From NCBI GenBank assembly GCA_963693365.1, contig CAVNZM010000012.1, forward strand, positions 3,547,617 through 3,611,616: a stretch of DNA of 64,000 nucleotides, in the 5' to 3' direction. Made by a program: the position numbers and the translations under genes. This document shows, in pieces, positions 51,734 to 63,892 of the stretch (positions are counted from its first letter, which is position 1; every line of letters starts with the position of its first letter). Below the pieces are notes generated by a model. That model was given only the letters and a program-made list of their open reading frames with translations, had not been told where the DNA came from and searched no databases. The DNA comes from Amoebidium appalachense. Its lineage: Eukaryota; Protista; Ichthyosporea.

Positions 51734-52151
51734 GCCAGTGGGTCGTGGGGTGGCAAACGGGTTGAGAGTATTCTGTTGCTGGATGGCACCTGGGTGTTGG
51801 AACAGGGTGGGGGGGGCTGGCGGCTGTGCAAATGGTATGTGCTGTGGAGAGGCCTGCAGAGGCCGTATCGTTTGGGGTTGTGGCTGAAAAACGAATTGCC
51901 GAGGGTCGACAAGGTTGGGTAGAATTGGTCTGTTTTTGGTGCCGCCGGTCGTGGTTTGGGGTCCCGTGGTGGGAGCTGCCGGTGATGCCGAGGAAGGTGC
52001 TGTCAGGGGTGGGAGATCGTACTGAGAGCTGCCGGCAAACCAATTTACAGGAGGAGGAGGGTACTTAGGACTTTTGAGATTTGGGTGTTTTCTATGGAAA
52101 TGCTCGGTTATCCCTTGTATATTTTGTAAAAATGTATATTGTATCTCTATA

Positions 52152-52405
52152 ACCTAAGCCTACCGACCTGAGCCAATTGAAAATCGATCCAGTGATATGT
52201 GAATCTGAATCGAACCAATCAAAATCGGTCTAGCGATATGTGGAATCTGATGTTTTGATTAGCTAATAGGTGCCCGTGTGCGAGCGGCCAATCGCGAACT
52301 GCTAAAACACGAAACGAAGCCTACATGGTTATGTCAATATCGAACACCCATCCTACGTGTTTACCCAGAAAAATATTTATGTCAATAAATTCCACAAATA
52401 AAACC
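52152..52405 (-). repeat. Diverged inverted copy of the Ngaro A terminal repeat
   Basis: Reverse complement aligns with 56058-56313 (e.g. CTGGGTAAACACGTAGGATGGGTGTTCG). Confidence 0.9.
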
Positions 52406-53309
52406 GTTGCGGCACTAGAATATGTTGTGCACATTCCGAGCATGACTAAAAAACATTTTGTAGCAGGAATTCTTATCGTTCGGAATTTACACTACTCCGG
52501 CAGGAATTCCGAGTCCATTATATAACTCCTAAATTAATGCAGCAAAGAGCAGTTCAAGTTTGTTTGAATCAGCATTCGAAGCTCTGCCGAGGGCAAGTCT
52601 CCTGATCCCTCGTTTTTCGACATTTCAGGTTTGAAACGCCATGACCAAACACTATCACGCCTTGGTAAGCTGCCACCCCCGCCATGCCGAAACATGCGAC
52701 CACTCTATAGCTACTAGGAGCTCCATAATACATAATGTAACCCATACTTGAATAAATGTGTCGTTATGTGTACGTAGTGACGGTGTGCATGTGCGTACGT
52801 ACACATAATGACAAACACACACACACACAAACACACACCACACACACACACGCACACACGCACACAAAAACACAAAAACACACACACACACATGACACGC
52901 ACACATGCACACGCCTACCCACGCACATGGTGTTGTGTGACTGCACCACCCGGCCACTCAGTGGTGTTACATGTACACGGTACGATGATGTAGCTGCATG
53001 AGAGATGTGCAGCACAAGCCGCCTGGCTTGTAAATAGCCACAAATGTATAGTCCAACGGGCAACCATCAATATCATGGTAGATGCCCGCACAACCGTGGC
53101 CATTGCACTAGTGTCCCAGTTAACTTTGAAACTGTACCGTGATGTAAATGTGTGTCAGGCACCCCCCGACATATGTACAGTGTTTAGTTAATAAAGGGCT
53201 GTGCGGCGCCAATAGTATAATGGTTATTAATAATATGCATACAATGCTGCAGCTAGTCTAAAAGCACTCAATATTTTTTTACTATCGTAACAGAGGCCCA
53301 GGCAAGAGA

Positions 53310-54338
53310 ATGAAGCGTCAGACACTGGTTCACTGGGTGGCCACAGCCACCCTGCTACTCGGTCTGGTCTTCAATACACAACTGGCCACCGCAGCATGTA
53401 AGTTACTTCATACATGGCATCATTAGTACATCTCCCCGAGAGTCTATGATCTTTGCTGCTATATTTTGAAAGTAACGTTGAGGTAGCAGCAGCTCTTTTA
53501 GTGAGTCTTTGCGGATGGAATCCGATGATATATTGATCATTAAAGACTCTATCATGATAACTAAATATATAGCGGTGCCGTACGCGTGCGTAGCTGCCAG
53601 TGGGTATATAGCGTTAAACTATTATGGAGTCACATACAGCTGCTACCGTTCTACTAGTAGCGGGTTTGGTCATAGCCGGCGACCATAGCTGTGGTGACAC
53701 TGACAGTGTAGCCAAGAAATTCCTCTTTGCTTTGAATCGGAGTCTGTTTCACGTATTTCTTTATAGTTCTGAGATTGAGCAGACATTGGAATATTTGCAC
53801 AAGTCATGTGTTTTACTTGCACAACGCTTTTTCAACCACTATGATCACAGTATATCATACGGTATGGCAGTACCATTATGTTACTGACGTGGAACCTGGT
53901 CAAGTAATGCATCCTTGCAGCACCTCTTTGGGGAACTTGGACCTCGAGCTCTGAACCATAAACCCCGGGAACAGTAACAGTATGAATGTGCTTTTCAAAC
54001 AGCGGTGTATACCTTTCCGCTGGCGGGCTATGAGTGCGCCATGAACCCCCCCTACGGCAACAGAGTCCTCGACAGGAATATTTCTGATGCAGGACCCAAC
54101 CCGGGGGGGTGCCGAGACATCTGCCTGGGTGTGCTTGGCTCTACCTACTACACCTACACCTACAATTCAAGCCTTGCCTACAATTCAAGCCTTGCCTACA
54201 ATTCAAGCCTTGCCTACAATTCAAGCCTTGCCTACAATTCAAGCCTTGCCTACAATTCAAGCCTTGGTCGGTGTACGGGTTGGAAGACATGCGACACCAT
54301 TGTTCCTACGTCACCTGGCACAGTCACATACGACCTCT
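53310..54338 (+). CDS. Host spliced gene for a secreted protein: signal-peptide exon 53310-53397 and PAN/apple-like exon 54003-54338
   Basis: GTAAGT donors at 53398 and 54339, CAG acceptor at 54002, both junctions phase 1; C..C...YY.Y...C...C pattern. Confidence 0.6.
54159..54266. repeat. 18-bp tandem repeat x6 (encodes AYNSSL)
   Basis: Unit CCTACAATTCAAGCCTTG. Confidence 0.95.
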
Positions 54339-55249
54339 GTAAGTGTAACCTCTTTCAGAGTCTCATTGGCTCTCCGGGCCGTGTAGCCCTGTTCAATTTT
54401 CCATCCAGCTTTATCTCTCTTCGCCTCGACATGTCGTTCGAAAAATTCCTGTTCTTTTCAGCCATGATTCCAGGCTGGGCCTCTCCGTTCTTCTCTCCGG
54501 TGACGGTCTTTGCCTTTCTACACCCCTGTCACTATTCTTCCTTTTTGCGTGTATGCGCGCACTAGTGCGTGTGTGTGGATAGTGTGTGTGTGTGTACATG
54601 ATTGTGTACATACACGAAGTCCGGAATCCCGAACACGTGTTCCGATTATCTCTTTTTCTCCCGTGCTGTTGCCCTTGTATTCTTGAATGCCTTGTCATCC
54701 AGATGGCACATGTGGCCCTTCTTCTTCCTCTCTGTGTCAATTATGTCAGGTTTTAGGATCGCATCTTTAAAACCTATCTCTTGCAACCATGGAAACACGA
54801 GCTGAAATGATTTACATTTTGCCAACTTGGATATGGCATCGCTTAAAGAGCACATGAGAGATTTTTCAATCTTTCCTTTTTTTCTCTCATAAGCTACTCT
54901 TCAGTCACGGCCTATCTTCTCCCTCCCTGCTGGTTAAATTACTGACTAGATATTTAACCCTACAGATCCAAACGTGGCCGTCCCTAGCCTGCCAGTGGGT
55001 CCCCCCCTCCCCCCCCCCCCCCCCCTCCCCCCCCCCCCCCCCCCCCCCACAAAAAAAAAAAAAAGAAAAGAAACAAAAAAAAAAAAAAAAAAAACACCCA
55101 CTCAACGCATTTCCATCCACCCTAAGGCTTCAAGGCGCCTTGTCACAACATCGTCTTGAAGTTTTTCGTCGGTGTCGGTGTTTACACGTGTGTGTGTGTG
55201 CCACCCAAGGTGGGGGAGGAGGGGTCAAAAGCAGGCACCAGGCGTTTCT

Positions 55250-55715
55250 TCCATGGGGGGGTCACACTGCGGTTGCTTTTGCAACCTCAAGTCAGGGCTC
55301 TCGCTTTCTGTGCGTTTTCGGCGGCGCTACACAGCCACTCGGCGAAACGAGCTTAGAGTTCGCGAACGATGTGTTTTTTATTTCTGAAAACGGCGAAACG
55401 CGCTTGTCGTCTGAGACGCGGACGGGTGAACAAACCCCCACCCCTCCGCCTGCACGGGCCATGCATGGGGCGGCCATGCACTCCGCACGTGGTATGGTGG
55501 TGTTTGATGGGTGCAACAAAACACGGTGGCTATGAACGACACGTGGGTTTTCACGCCGGATTGCAAAAGGAAGCAGCTGGAAACAACGGGAACGGTGCCG
55601 AGCCCACGGTACGGGGCAGGGGTGGGTATCATACAGGACGAATTCTTCGTTTTTGGTGGGTACGACGCGGACGGAGTTGCGACAGACGGGCGCCTGTATG
55701 TGTTATTTTGTGTGG
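55250..55715 (+). pseudogene. Kelch-repeat protein fragment, frameshifted
   Basis: VFGG, PPARAMH...VVFDG, NDTWVF, PSPRYG...FVFGGY. Confidence 0.65.
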
Positions 55716-56439
55716 GTAAACGGAGAAGCAGAGAGCACAGATGGGTGTTGTGTTATACACAACACAGAGACACGGGAGAAACACAACCGGAGAGGTGGAA
55801 CGATTTCTGGATCATAGGAAATGAATTCAACTGCTTGATATTTATTTCAAGATGAAGTTCCTTTTATACACAGGAATGTGAAATCGATAATAAATTCTAA
55901 GCCAATCAAAAGAACGAAAACTCTTTTATCCAATCAGAAAGACGAAAACTATGAGGGTAAAATAAATCGATCGAAATGCCTGTCGACACATAGAAGATAA
56001 AACGCAATCTTCTAATGAAAGTAATCTTCTAATGAAAGTACGGAAACATTTAACAAAGGTTTTATTTGTGGAAATTATTGACATTAATATTTTTTCTGGG
56101 TAAACACGTAGGATGGGTGTTCGGTATCAACATAACCATGTAAGCTTCATTTCGTGTTTTAGCAGTTCGTGGTTGGCTGCCCGCACACGGGCACCTATTA
56201 GCCAATCAAAACATCAGATTCCACATATCACTAGACCGAGTTTCGATTGGCTCGGATCAGATTTCACATATCACTAGATCGATTTTTGATTGGCTCAAAT
56301 CGGTAGGCTTAGGTATATAAGCACGACAGTTTTTAGCAGATCAGCAAGCTACAAACACATCTTCTGTGTTTAGCACTCACAGCCTTACAGTTATATATTC
56401 CCCCTTTTCTTCTCCCTATCTTTCCCTACGCTGGTCAGC

Positions 56440-57599
56440 ATGCCGCCGAAAAAGCGCCAGGCCTCAGCCGCCGCCCCTGCCGCGGCACCTAAACGCCTGA
56501 CCCGCAGCGACCTCCGCCACAGGCTGACCAACGCTCCCGCAGGCACTGACGCGCCTCCAGCGGCCCATACCACCACGGACCCTCCGGCTACTCTCCCCTC
56601 TACTCCTGAAGTCCCTCCTCAGGCCCCACCGTCCCCGCCGATGACTTCTCAAGACGCCGTCCTTCCCGCCCTCACCGCCATCAGCACCCAGATGGCTGGC
56701 GTCCTGGCCGCTCTCACCAACCGCGACCCTCCCGCGCCCCCCGCCGCGCCCTCCGCACCCGGGGAGGTTTCCCTGGGGCTGCATCTCGGCCCTGACCTGG
56801 ATCTACCTGCCCTGCCCGTGCCCCCCATTACAGGTGAGAACACTGGCGACATTCAGCCGGGCACACCCCCGCTTCCCCCCGCGGATGTGCTGGCGGATTT
56901 GCGCGCCAATCGTTTCGTCGACCTGTATAAGTTCACCCCCGCCGCCCTCCTGGCCCCTTCCAAGAAAGGTCAGCATCTGCGCATGGCCGACGACGGCAGC
57001 ATCGAGACTTTTCGCCAAGACAAACCCGTTCCCCTGCGTTCACTCGTCATTTGGATCCAAGCTTGGACCCATTACATGGCCGCCAAGCACCACCTCGGCC
57101 TCCCCACGGACAAAGAAGTACTTTGGACTCAGCACATCACTCGCCTCAGCACCCGATACCCGTGGGCCCAGATCCACAACTATGACGTATACGCCCGAAC
57201 CGTTGCCCACCAACAGGGTCGGGCTCCGACGAGTGTCCCAACCTGCTCGCCCAACTCCACCAGGATCTCCTCCTGCCACCCACTCTGCTCATCCCGGACG
57301 CATGTCAGCGCTGCGGCTTCCCCGACCACCCCAGCGCGGCCTGCCCCATGTACCCCAAGCCCGGCTGTGGTCTTGATGGTTTCGAGCCGCCCCACAAGCC
57401 CGGCGGGGGACAAACCCCCAACCGACCCGGCCCGCAACCCGGCCCGGCACCACCGGCCCGACCCGTGGATCTACCCGCGACACACTGCAGGAATTTCCAC
57501 AAGGGTCGGTCCTGCGCTAAGCAGCCCTGCCCCTTCTCCCACGTGTGCCCGCTCTGCTCTGGCACACACCCCCGCAAAGACTGCAAGCACAATGCCTAG
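56440..57599 (+). CDS. Gag-like ORF1 of the YR element, frameshifted
   Basis: FVDL, W.QAW..Y, Y.W..I..YD..AR; C-terminal CRNFH.G..C...C.F.H.C..C...H...C knuckle. Confidence 0.75.
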
Positions 57600-57990
57600 T
57601 CTACGCGCACACCCACACCCACAGATAGAACATAGGGGCTATGAGCTAGGTTACACGGGTCCAGGGACACGGAGCTCGGGAAAAATCGGGGCACTGGGGC
57701 TGAGTACAAATTTTCGCAGGCCAACTACGGCGCCCGCGCGCGCCAAGAATAAATGTCCCTACACAAAGACGTTATTCTGGCCACTGCACATAATTTTACT
57801 CCCCCCCCCCCCATCCCTCGAGCCTCCCCCCCTTACACTCACCTAGCACTCCCTCCCCCCCCCCCTTCTTCTCACTCTGTATACGCCCACACCCGCGCGT
57901 GCTCGGGCATCCTCTGCACAGGGCCCCGCTGCCCTCCCTGCAAACCCTCCCTCGGGCCCAGCTGCCCTACTCTAACCCCCCGGGGCCCTG

Positions 57991-58039
<49 letters not shown>

Positions 58040-58375
58040 ATGCCGGGATCTCCCCGAGGGTGCCCAACCCTTGCTAACCACCCCCTTCCCCCGAGGCTCA
58101 GCCCCGGAGGCCCGCCCGCTGCCCCAGCACCACGTTGACACCTCCCGCCTCCGGGAGCTGCTGGCCCCCCAACCCAGCCCAATCATTCGCCGCGCAGCTC
58201 CTCCGTAACCAACTTCCCCGGACCCGACGACTCCGACCTTACCTGCAACCGGAGCCCTGCCCCTTCCCCTTCTGGGTCCACAAGTTCAGTATCCCTTCCC
58301 CTGGGCTCACCCCCCCCCCCCCCCCCCCCCGCCCGGCCCCCCCCAGATCTCCCCTTCCGGAGCAACGCTGGCCGA

Positions 58376-59404
58376 TTGGCCCCCCACTTTGCTCCGGCCG
58401 AGCTGCTTCGTGCCACCACTACCCTGCAGGAATGCCAGGCCCTGAGTCTCAACCTCGACTCTCGGGCCTTTTACTCCCGGGTGCAAAAAGTGTTCATCGA
58501 TTTTTGTGTGGCATCTCGGCTGCCATCCTCCGCCGGGTCCTCCCTCCCGGCCTCCCCCCACACCGTGCAGCTTTTTCTCGCCTGGTGTGCCCAACGAGGG
58601 GTACAGGCCTCTTCCTTGGCCTGCTACAATTCGGCCATCAACAGACTCCACCTCGACATGGGCCTCCCTGCTCCCTACCCCCACGACAAGTCTCTGGCCT
58701 GGTTCCTCCGAGGGGTGGGCAGATGGCAGCTTTCTCACAACATCCGACCCCGATCATCCACCAGGGAGCCCCTCCTGCCCTCCCACCTCAGCCTACTCCA
58801 TGGCCAGTGCCCCACCAACGCCTCCTCGGCCAATCTACGGCTATGGACGGCCCTCATCGTCGGTTTCTGTGGTCTCCTCCGTTCGGGGGAATTTACCTCC
58901 AAAACCCTGACTTCCTTTGACCCGTCCCGTCACGTTAAACGGAAGGACGTAACCTTCAGCTACACCCCCTCCGGTACTTTGTCCCATGCCACCCTCCACC
59001 TGCCAACCTCCAAGACGGATGTACAGGCCCGAGGTGTCAACGTCACTCTAGCTGCCCTGCCCCTCACCCACTTCTCCCCAGCACATCTCCTCCGGCAGTT
59101 CCTGGATACAACGTCCGGTCAACCCGACGACCCCCTGTTCAGTCTCGGTGGCATTCCCTACACCAAGGGTGCTTTCTCTGCCGACTTCCGTGCCCTCCTC
59201 TCCCGGGCAGGCCTCTCACCCTCCCGGTTTGCCGGCCACAGCCTCCGCATAGGGGGGGCCACAGCACTGGCTGAGGCCGGGGTCGACGACTCCCGGATCA
59301 AACAAACTCGGCAGGTGGTCCTCCGACTGTTTCCTGATTTATACCCGACTTCGTCCGGCCTCCATTGCTGCCACTACCACACGTGTATTCGCCTCTATTC
59401 TTAA
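58376..59404 (+). CDS. Tyrosine recombinase (DIRS/Ngaro-type); C-terminus probably frameshifted
   Basis: GFCGLLRSGE, SKTD, HSLRIGGAT; the GRWSS...Y motif lies in another frame near 59310. Confidence 0.9.
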   Translation: MAPHFAPAELLRATTTLQECQALSLNLDSRAFYSRVQKVFIDFCVASRLPSSAGSSLPASPHTVQLFLAWCAQRGVQASSLACYNSAINRLHLDMGLPAPYPHDKSLAWFLRGVGRWQLSHNIRPRSSTREPLLPSHLSLLHGQCPTNASSANLRLWTALIVGFCGLLRSGEFTSKTLTSFDPSRHVKRKDVTFSYTPSGTLSHATLHLPTSKTDVQARGVNVTLAALPLTHFSPAHLLRQFLDTTSGQPDDPLFSLGGIPYTKGAFSADFRALLSRAGLSPSRFAGHSLRIGGATALAEAGVDDSRIKQTRQVVLRLFPDLYPTSSGLHCCHYHTCIRLYS

Positions 59405-60114
59405 GTGAAACCTTTGGAGCAAGCATACTGCTCTCGTGCCGTGGTTTACAACCATTGCAGGTTCACTTTCGTCCAAGGGGATGTCCCCCTAGAGGCAACA
59501 CACGTCCCGGAGTAGTTTTCATAGAGGTTGTATTTGTGGAAATTATTGACATAAATATTTTTTCTGGGTAAACACGTAGGATGGGTGTTCGGTATCAACA
59601 TAACCATGTAAGCTTCATTTCGTGTTTTAGCAGTTCGCGGTTGGCTGCCCGCACACGGGCACCTATTAGCCAATCAAAACATCAGATTCCACATATCACT
59701 AGACCGAGTTTCGATTGGCTCGGATCAGATTTCACATATCACTAGATCGATTTTTGATTGGCTCAAATCGGTAGGCTTGGGTATATAAGCACGACAGTTT
59801 TTAGCAGATCAGCAAGCTACAAACACATCTTCTGTGTTTAGCACTCACAGCCTTACAGCTATATATTCCTTTTTCACCCACCCACCTACACCCACACTCA
59901 ACCCCCATTGATCCACACATACGTGCTGTTTTTTCACGGGGCGAAGACTTCCCCCTTTTTTTGGGCACAAGGACCTCACGGATCAATAAATTGATGTCTG
60001 GGGGCTTGCCGTGGTTTACAACCATTGCAGGTCCACTTTCGTCCAAGGGGATGTCCCCCTAGAGGCAACACACGTCCCGGAGTAGTTTTCATAGAATGAA
60101 ACCACTTATGTATC

Positions 60115-60725
60115 TATTAGTTACATCATATATTTATACATGTTATTAACATAACACGTCTAAATATAAGTATTCCTAATAGTTGAGGAACATAGAACAA
60201 TGCTACGTCGTGGGAAAAGAAGAAAAACAAATGAGGATAGAAAGGAATGCAATGGGAAAGGAATCGAATAGAATTAATGAGGAATCTAGTTTACTATATT
60301 TGGGAAAATATAACGAGATCTGATTGGACAACTTATTTAGACATTGACGCAAACAACAATACGTGTGCGCGGGCTAAATAGCTCGATGTGTACACAGATC
60401 TAAGATATCTGTGCACACGGAAACAGAAAGGAAAGAAAGGAACTTAACTATTAGTTCACAGTATACATTTATACATGTTTTTATCATAACACGTCTAAAT
60501 ATAATTATTCCTAATAGTTGGAGAACATAGCACAATGCTACGTCGTGAGAAAGGAATGGGAAAGGAATGTAAGTTACTATATTTGGGAAAATACAAACGA
60601 GATCTGATTGGATGACATATATAGATTTTGACACAAACGACAATACGTGTGCGCGAGCTATGTCGGTCGATACGTACACAGATCTAAGATATCGGTGTAC
60701 ACGGAAACAGAAAGGAAAGAAAGAA
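60115..60725. repeat. Imperfect tandem duplication of about 330 bp, AT-rich; possibly within the copia 3' LTR
   Basis: CATAACACGTCTAAATATAA...CACGGAAACAGAAAGGAAAGAAAG occurs twice. Confidence 0.8.
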
Positions 60726-61514
60726 AGAAAAGGGAAAAGGAAACGAACAACAACAAACTAATAAACAAATGTAAAACTCAACTTCTAAGTCTTGCCGTTA
60801 ATCATGGGTAGATGACATCCCCACTCAAGGGTTGAAAGTTGGGTTCTCGTGGAGTTTGTTGATGTGACTGTTGATGTCAATACTCTCACACTTGTAGAAG
60901 CAGGTGCCGTGACGTCACAGTCAATTTTCCCCACTCGAGAAGACAATTGGAGAAGACTTGAAGTGGCAAGCCGGGGAAAAAGACCAAAACGGAAGAAGCA
61001 CACAACGACGGTTGCCTCGGAAGACTTGGAACATGACGGTAGCCAACGACGATATATATATAAAAGAAAACACTAGTGTATGTGTGACGTGTTGGTGGCT
61101 AATATTTTATACTGGGGCCCACCCAGATAAACACAAGGCATGAACATCTTGTGGACTGATTTATAGACTGGTGGTCAACCAGTTAAGACACGGGGAAGGT
61201 ACGTCCCGAGGACTAGGTTTAGACTGGCAGTCAACCAGCACGCCATGGCTATATATATTTATTTATACTGGGACGCCATCCCAGTTCGACATATACATAA
61301 GTCGAATATAAAGGAAAACCAATATATATGGTGGTATATAAATAAACGACGGATGGTGGAGAAGAAATTCCCCACTGAAGATGCACACACTGAAGATCGA
61401 TGAAGACAGCAGTAGACTTTCGTTGGGAGGTGTCTCTACACGGTGATGTGTAGACCACTGGCCAGGGCCCCAACCTACTTGAAGACCACTGTAGATGAAC
61501 GGGGGGGGGCACAC

Positions 61515-63370
61515 TCAGTCACGAAGACTGAGGGAAGCACGGTGCTGCTCGAGGGAGGGCCCAGGCAGGGCCTTGGTGAAGATGTCGGCCACATTGTCCT
61601 TGGTGGACACGTAGGTGACGACCACATCCCCACTCTTGATCATGTAGTCCTTCGTGTTGTGGTACCGGACCGCAATGTGTTTGGTCCGGTGCTTGATGCT
61701 GTTGGTGTGCAGGAGGGCAATGGTGGACTGGTTGTCACAGTAGACGGGGGTGGGGTCGGTCATCGGGTACTACCCGAGTTCACGGAGGAGATCACGGTGC
61801 CAGATGACGTTTTGAACAGCAGCATTGATGGCCAGAAGCTCAGCCTCGGTGGTGGATGTTGCCGTCACGGGGATGGACTGCAGCTTCGAATACCATGTGA
61901 TGGGGAAGCCCTTGAAGAAGATGACGTATCCGGTGGTTGAACGACGGGTGGTAGGGCAGTTAGCAAAGTCGGCATCAGAATAACACTCCAGCAGGGGGGT
62001 GTTGTCGTCGGATGCAGACTTGTCGTAGTGGAGGCCGAGGTTGGATGTGCCGATGAGGTACCGAACAACACGGAGCAGACATTCCCATGCAAGTTTGGTG
62101 GGGTTGGCACTGAATCTGCCGAGGTAGCCGATGGCAAAGGAGATGTCGGGCCGGGAACAACGAGCAACCCACAAAAGACGGCCGAGGAGTTCACGGGATG
62201 GAACCTTGATGGGTAGTGAGTCGTTCTCGTTGATGGTGATGACGGTGCCGACGGGAATGGAAGTGGCCTTGGGGTTGGCATCGTTGAGGTTGAAGTCTTT
62301 GACGATGTCGTTGATGTAGGACTGTTGAAGCAGCTTGAGGTGACCGGGGGTGTGGTGAGCTGGGTGCCGAGGAAGATGTGGGGGAGGTCGACCTTGCAGA
62401 GAGCTGACTTCATGATGTGGTCTACTAGGTCCTGGGTGTGGGAGGAGTTGGCCGTGCAGATGATGATGACGTCGTCCACATAGTTGCCAGTGAGGATGAT
62501 GTCACCGTTGGGGAAGGACTTGATGTAGACACAGGGATCTGAACGGAGACGTTCGAGACCGTGAGCAAGGAGGACCTTGTCGAAGTACTCATACCAGGCC
62601 AGTGATGCCTGTATGAGGCCGTAGAGTGCCTTCTTGAGTTTCCGGACCTTGTGCTCGTTGCCGGGGGTGATGAAGCCAGGTGGTTGCTCAATGTAGATGT
62701 CTTCTTTGAGAGGACTGTTGAGGAAAGCCGTGGAGACGTCGAGTTGATGAATCTCATGGTTGCCGTCCACACCGATGGCAAGGAGGGCACGGACGGAGGA
62801 GGACATCACTACGGGGGAAGAGGTGTCACCGTAGTCAACACCGTAGACTTGAGTGAAGCCCTTTGCAACACCACGAGCCTTGATCTTGGTGTCACCGGCT
62901 GAGTTGAGGACTTTCTCAGTCACAATCCACTTGAACTTGATGATGTTGGCATCAGGGGGGGATCAACGACGTCGAATACATCCTTGGTGATGAAGGCTTG
63001 GTACTCGGAGGTGAGGGCAGCTATGACGGCATCACCATTGGGACCGTTGCAAAGCTTTTGTATGCCCTTGGGTAGTTGGTCAATGTTGATGGTCGGGGCT
63101 GTGATGCTGACCAGTGCCGTTGATGGCTTGGTGAGACGTGCAGACCGACGAAGGTTCGGCTTGGGGGGGTCCTTGAGGGGGGTGGAGGTCGGGGAGGTGT
63201 TGTAGGCCGGGACAGGAGCATGGAAGCCAGGAATGGGACCTGTGTTGAGGGGGGCATCGGTGTCCACAGGGCTGCTCGAGGCCGAGTGGAAGGTTGGGGA
63301 CCCAGGACGAACCGGGGTCATGTAGCCGGGTTGATGTACACCAAATGGGGGTGCCGGCAGCAAAGGTTGA
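61515..63370 (-). mobile_element. Ty1/copia retrotransposon pol remnant (RT and RNase H), frameshifted
   Basis: KARGVAKGFTQVYGVDY, QLDVSTAFLN, LKKALYGL.Q, YVDD, SRPDI, YSDADFA, AEL.A, CDNQS, KHIAVRYH, ADIFTK. Candidate PPT TGAGTGGGGA at 60818-60827 (-). Confidence 0.92.
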
Positions 63371-63449
63371 TGTTGGAAGATGGTATCGTTATCCAGTCCG
63401 ATCGCATGAATCAGATCATGATCGGCTGGTGGCCTGCGAGATCTTAACC

Positions 63450-63522
63450 GATCTCGTAGCTCAGTTGGTAGAGCACTCGACCGGAGATAGAGGGGTCGCG
63501 GGTTCAAATCCCGTCGGGATCA
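63450..63522 (+). tRNA. tRNA-like gene (anticodon position GGA, short variable loop, probably derived from tRNA-Phe)
   Basis: Acceptor stem GATCTCG/CGGGATC, D arm GCTC/GAGC, T arm GCGGG-TTCAAAT-CCCGT, followed by TTTTT. Confidence 0.8.
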
Positions 63523-63819
63523 TCTTTTTCTCATCCTCTTCTCGCTGGGGTAAAAGCCAGCACGCCTTTACTGGCGTCATCACAACCATCGGCAGTGGTT
63601 AGGTTGTGATCTCAAGGCTAGCAAGATCGCTAGTCTCTGCACCAGGACAAAATCCAAAATGGTAGCATGAACAGAGGTTCAGTGGGGACTAAGGGGGCAG
63701 TCCACCCTAACCTGATTCTGCGATTCGTCCTGAGTGGGGATGTTGGAAGATGGTATCGTTATCCAGTCCGATCGCATGAATCAGATCATGATTGGCTGGT
63801 GGCCTGCGAGATCTTAACC

Positions 63820-63892
63820 GATCTCGTAGCTCAGTTGGTAGAGCACTCGACCGGAGATAGAGGGGTCGCGGGTTCAAATCCCGTCGGGATCA
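63820..63892 (+). tRNA. Identical tRNA-like gene in the second LTR
   Basis: Same 73-nt sequence, offset by 370 bp. Confidence 0.8.

Larger units (their letters stand above)
56058..60095 (+). mobile_element. Ngaro/PAT-type tyrosine-recombinase retroelement with split direct repeats A1-B1-A2-B2, lacking RT/RNase H
   Basis: A1 56058-56401 matches A2 59526-59869; B1 59437-59525 matches B2 60007-60095; gag-like and YR ORFs lie inside. Confidence 0.88.

Noticed and set aside
50571-51922. Long Leu/Ser-rich plus-strand ORFs
   Set aside because: Antisense shadows of the low-complexity ORF 50237-51733.
54995-55095. Poly-C/poly-A tract as a retro-insertion tail
   Set aside because: No element body or TSD; likely simple sequence or low-quality consensus.
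63450-63522. Functional tRNA-Ser(GGA)
   Set aside because: No long variable arm, C33, an anticodon-stem mismatch and A73. More likely a tRNA-Phe-derived element component.
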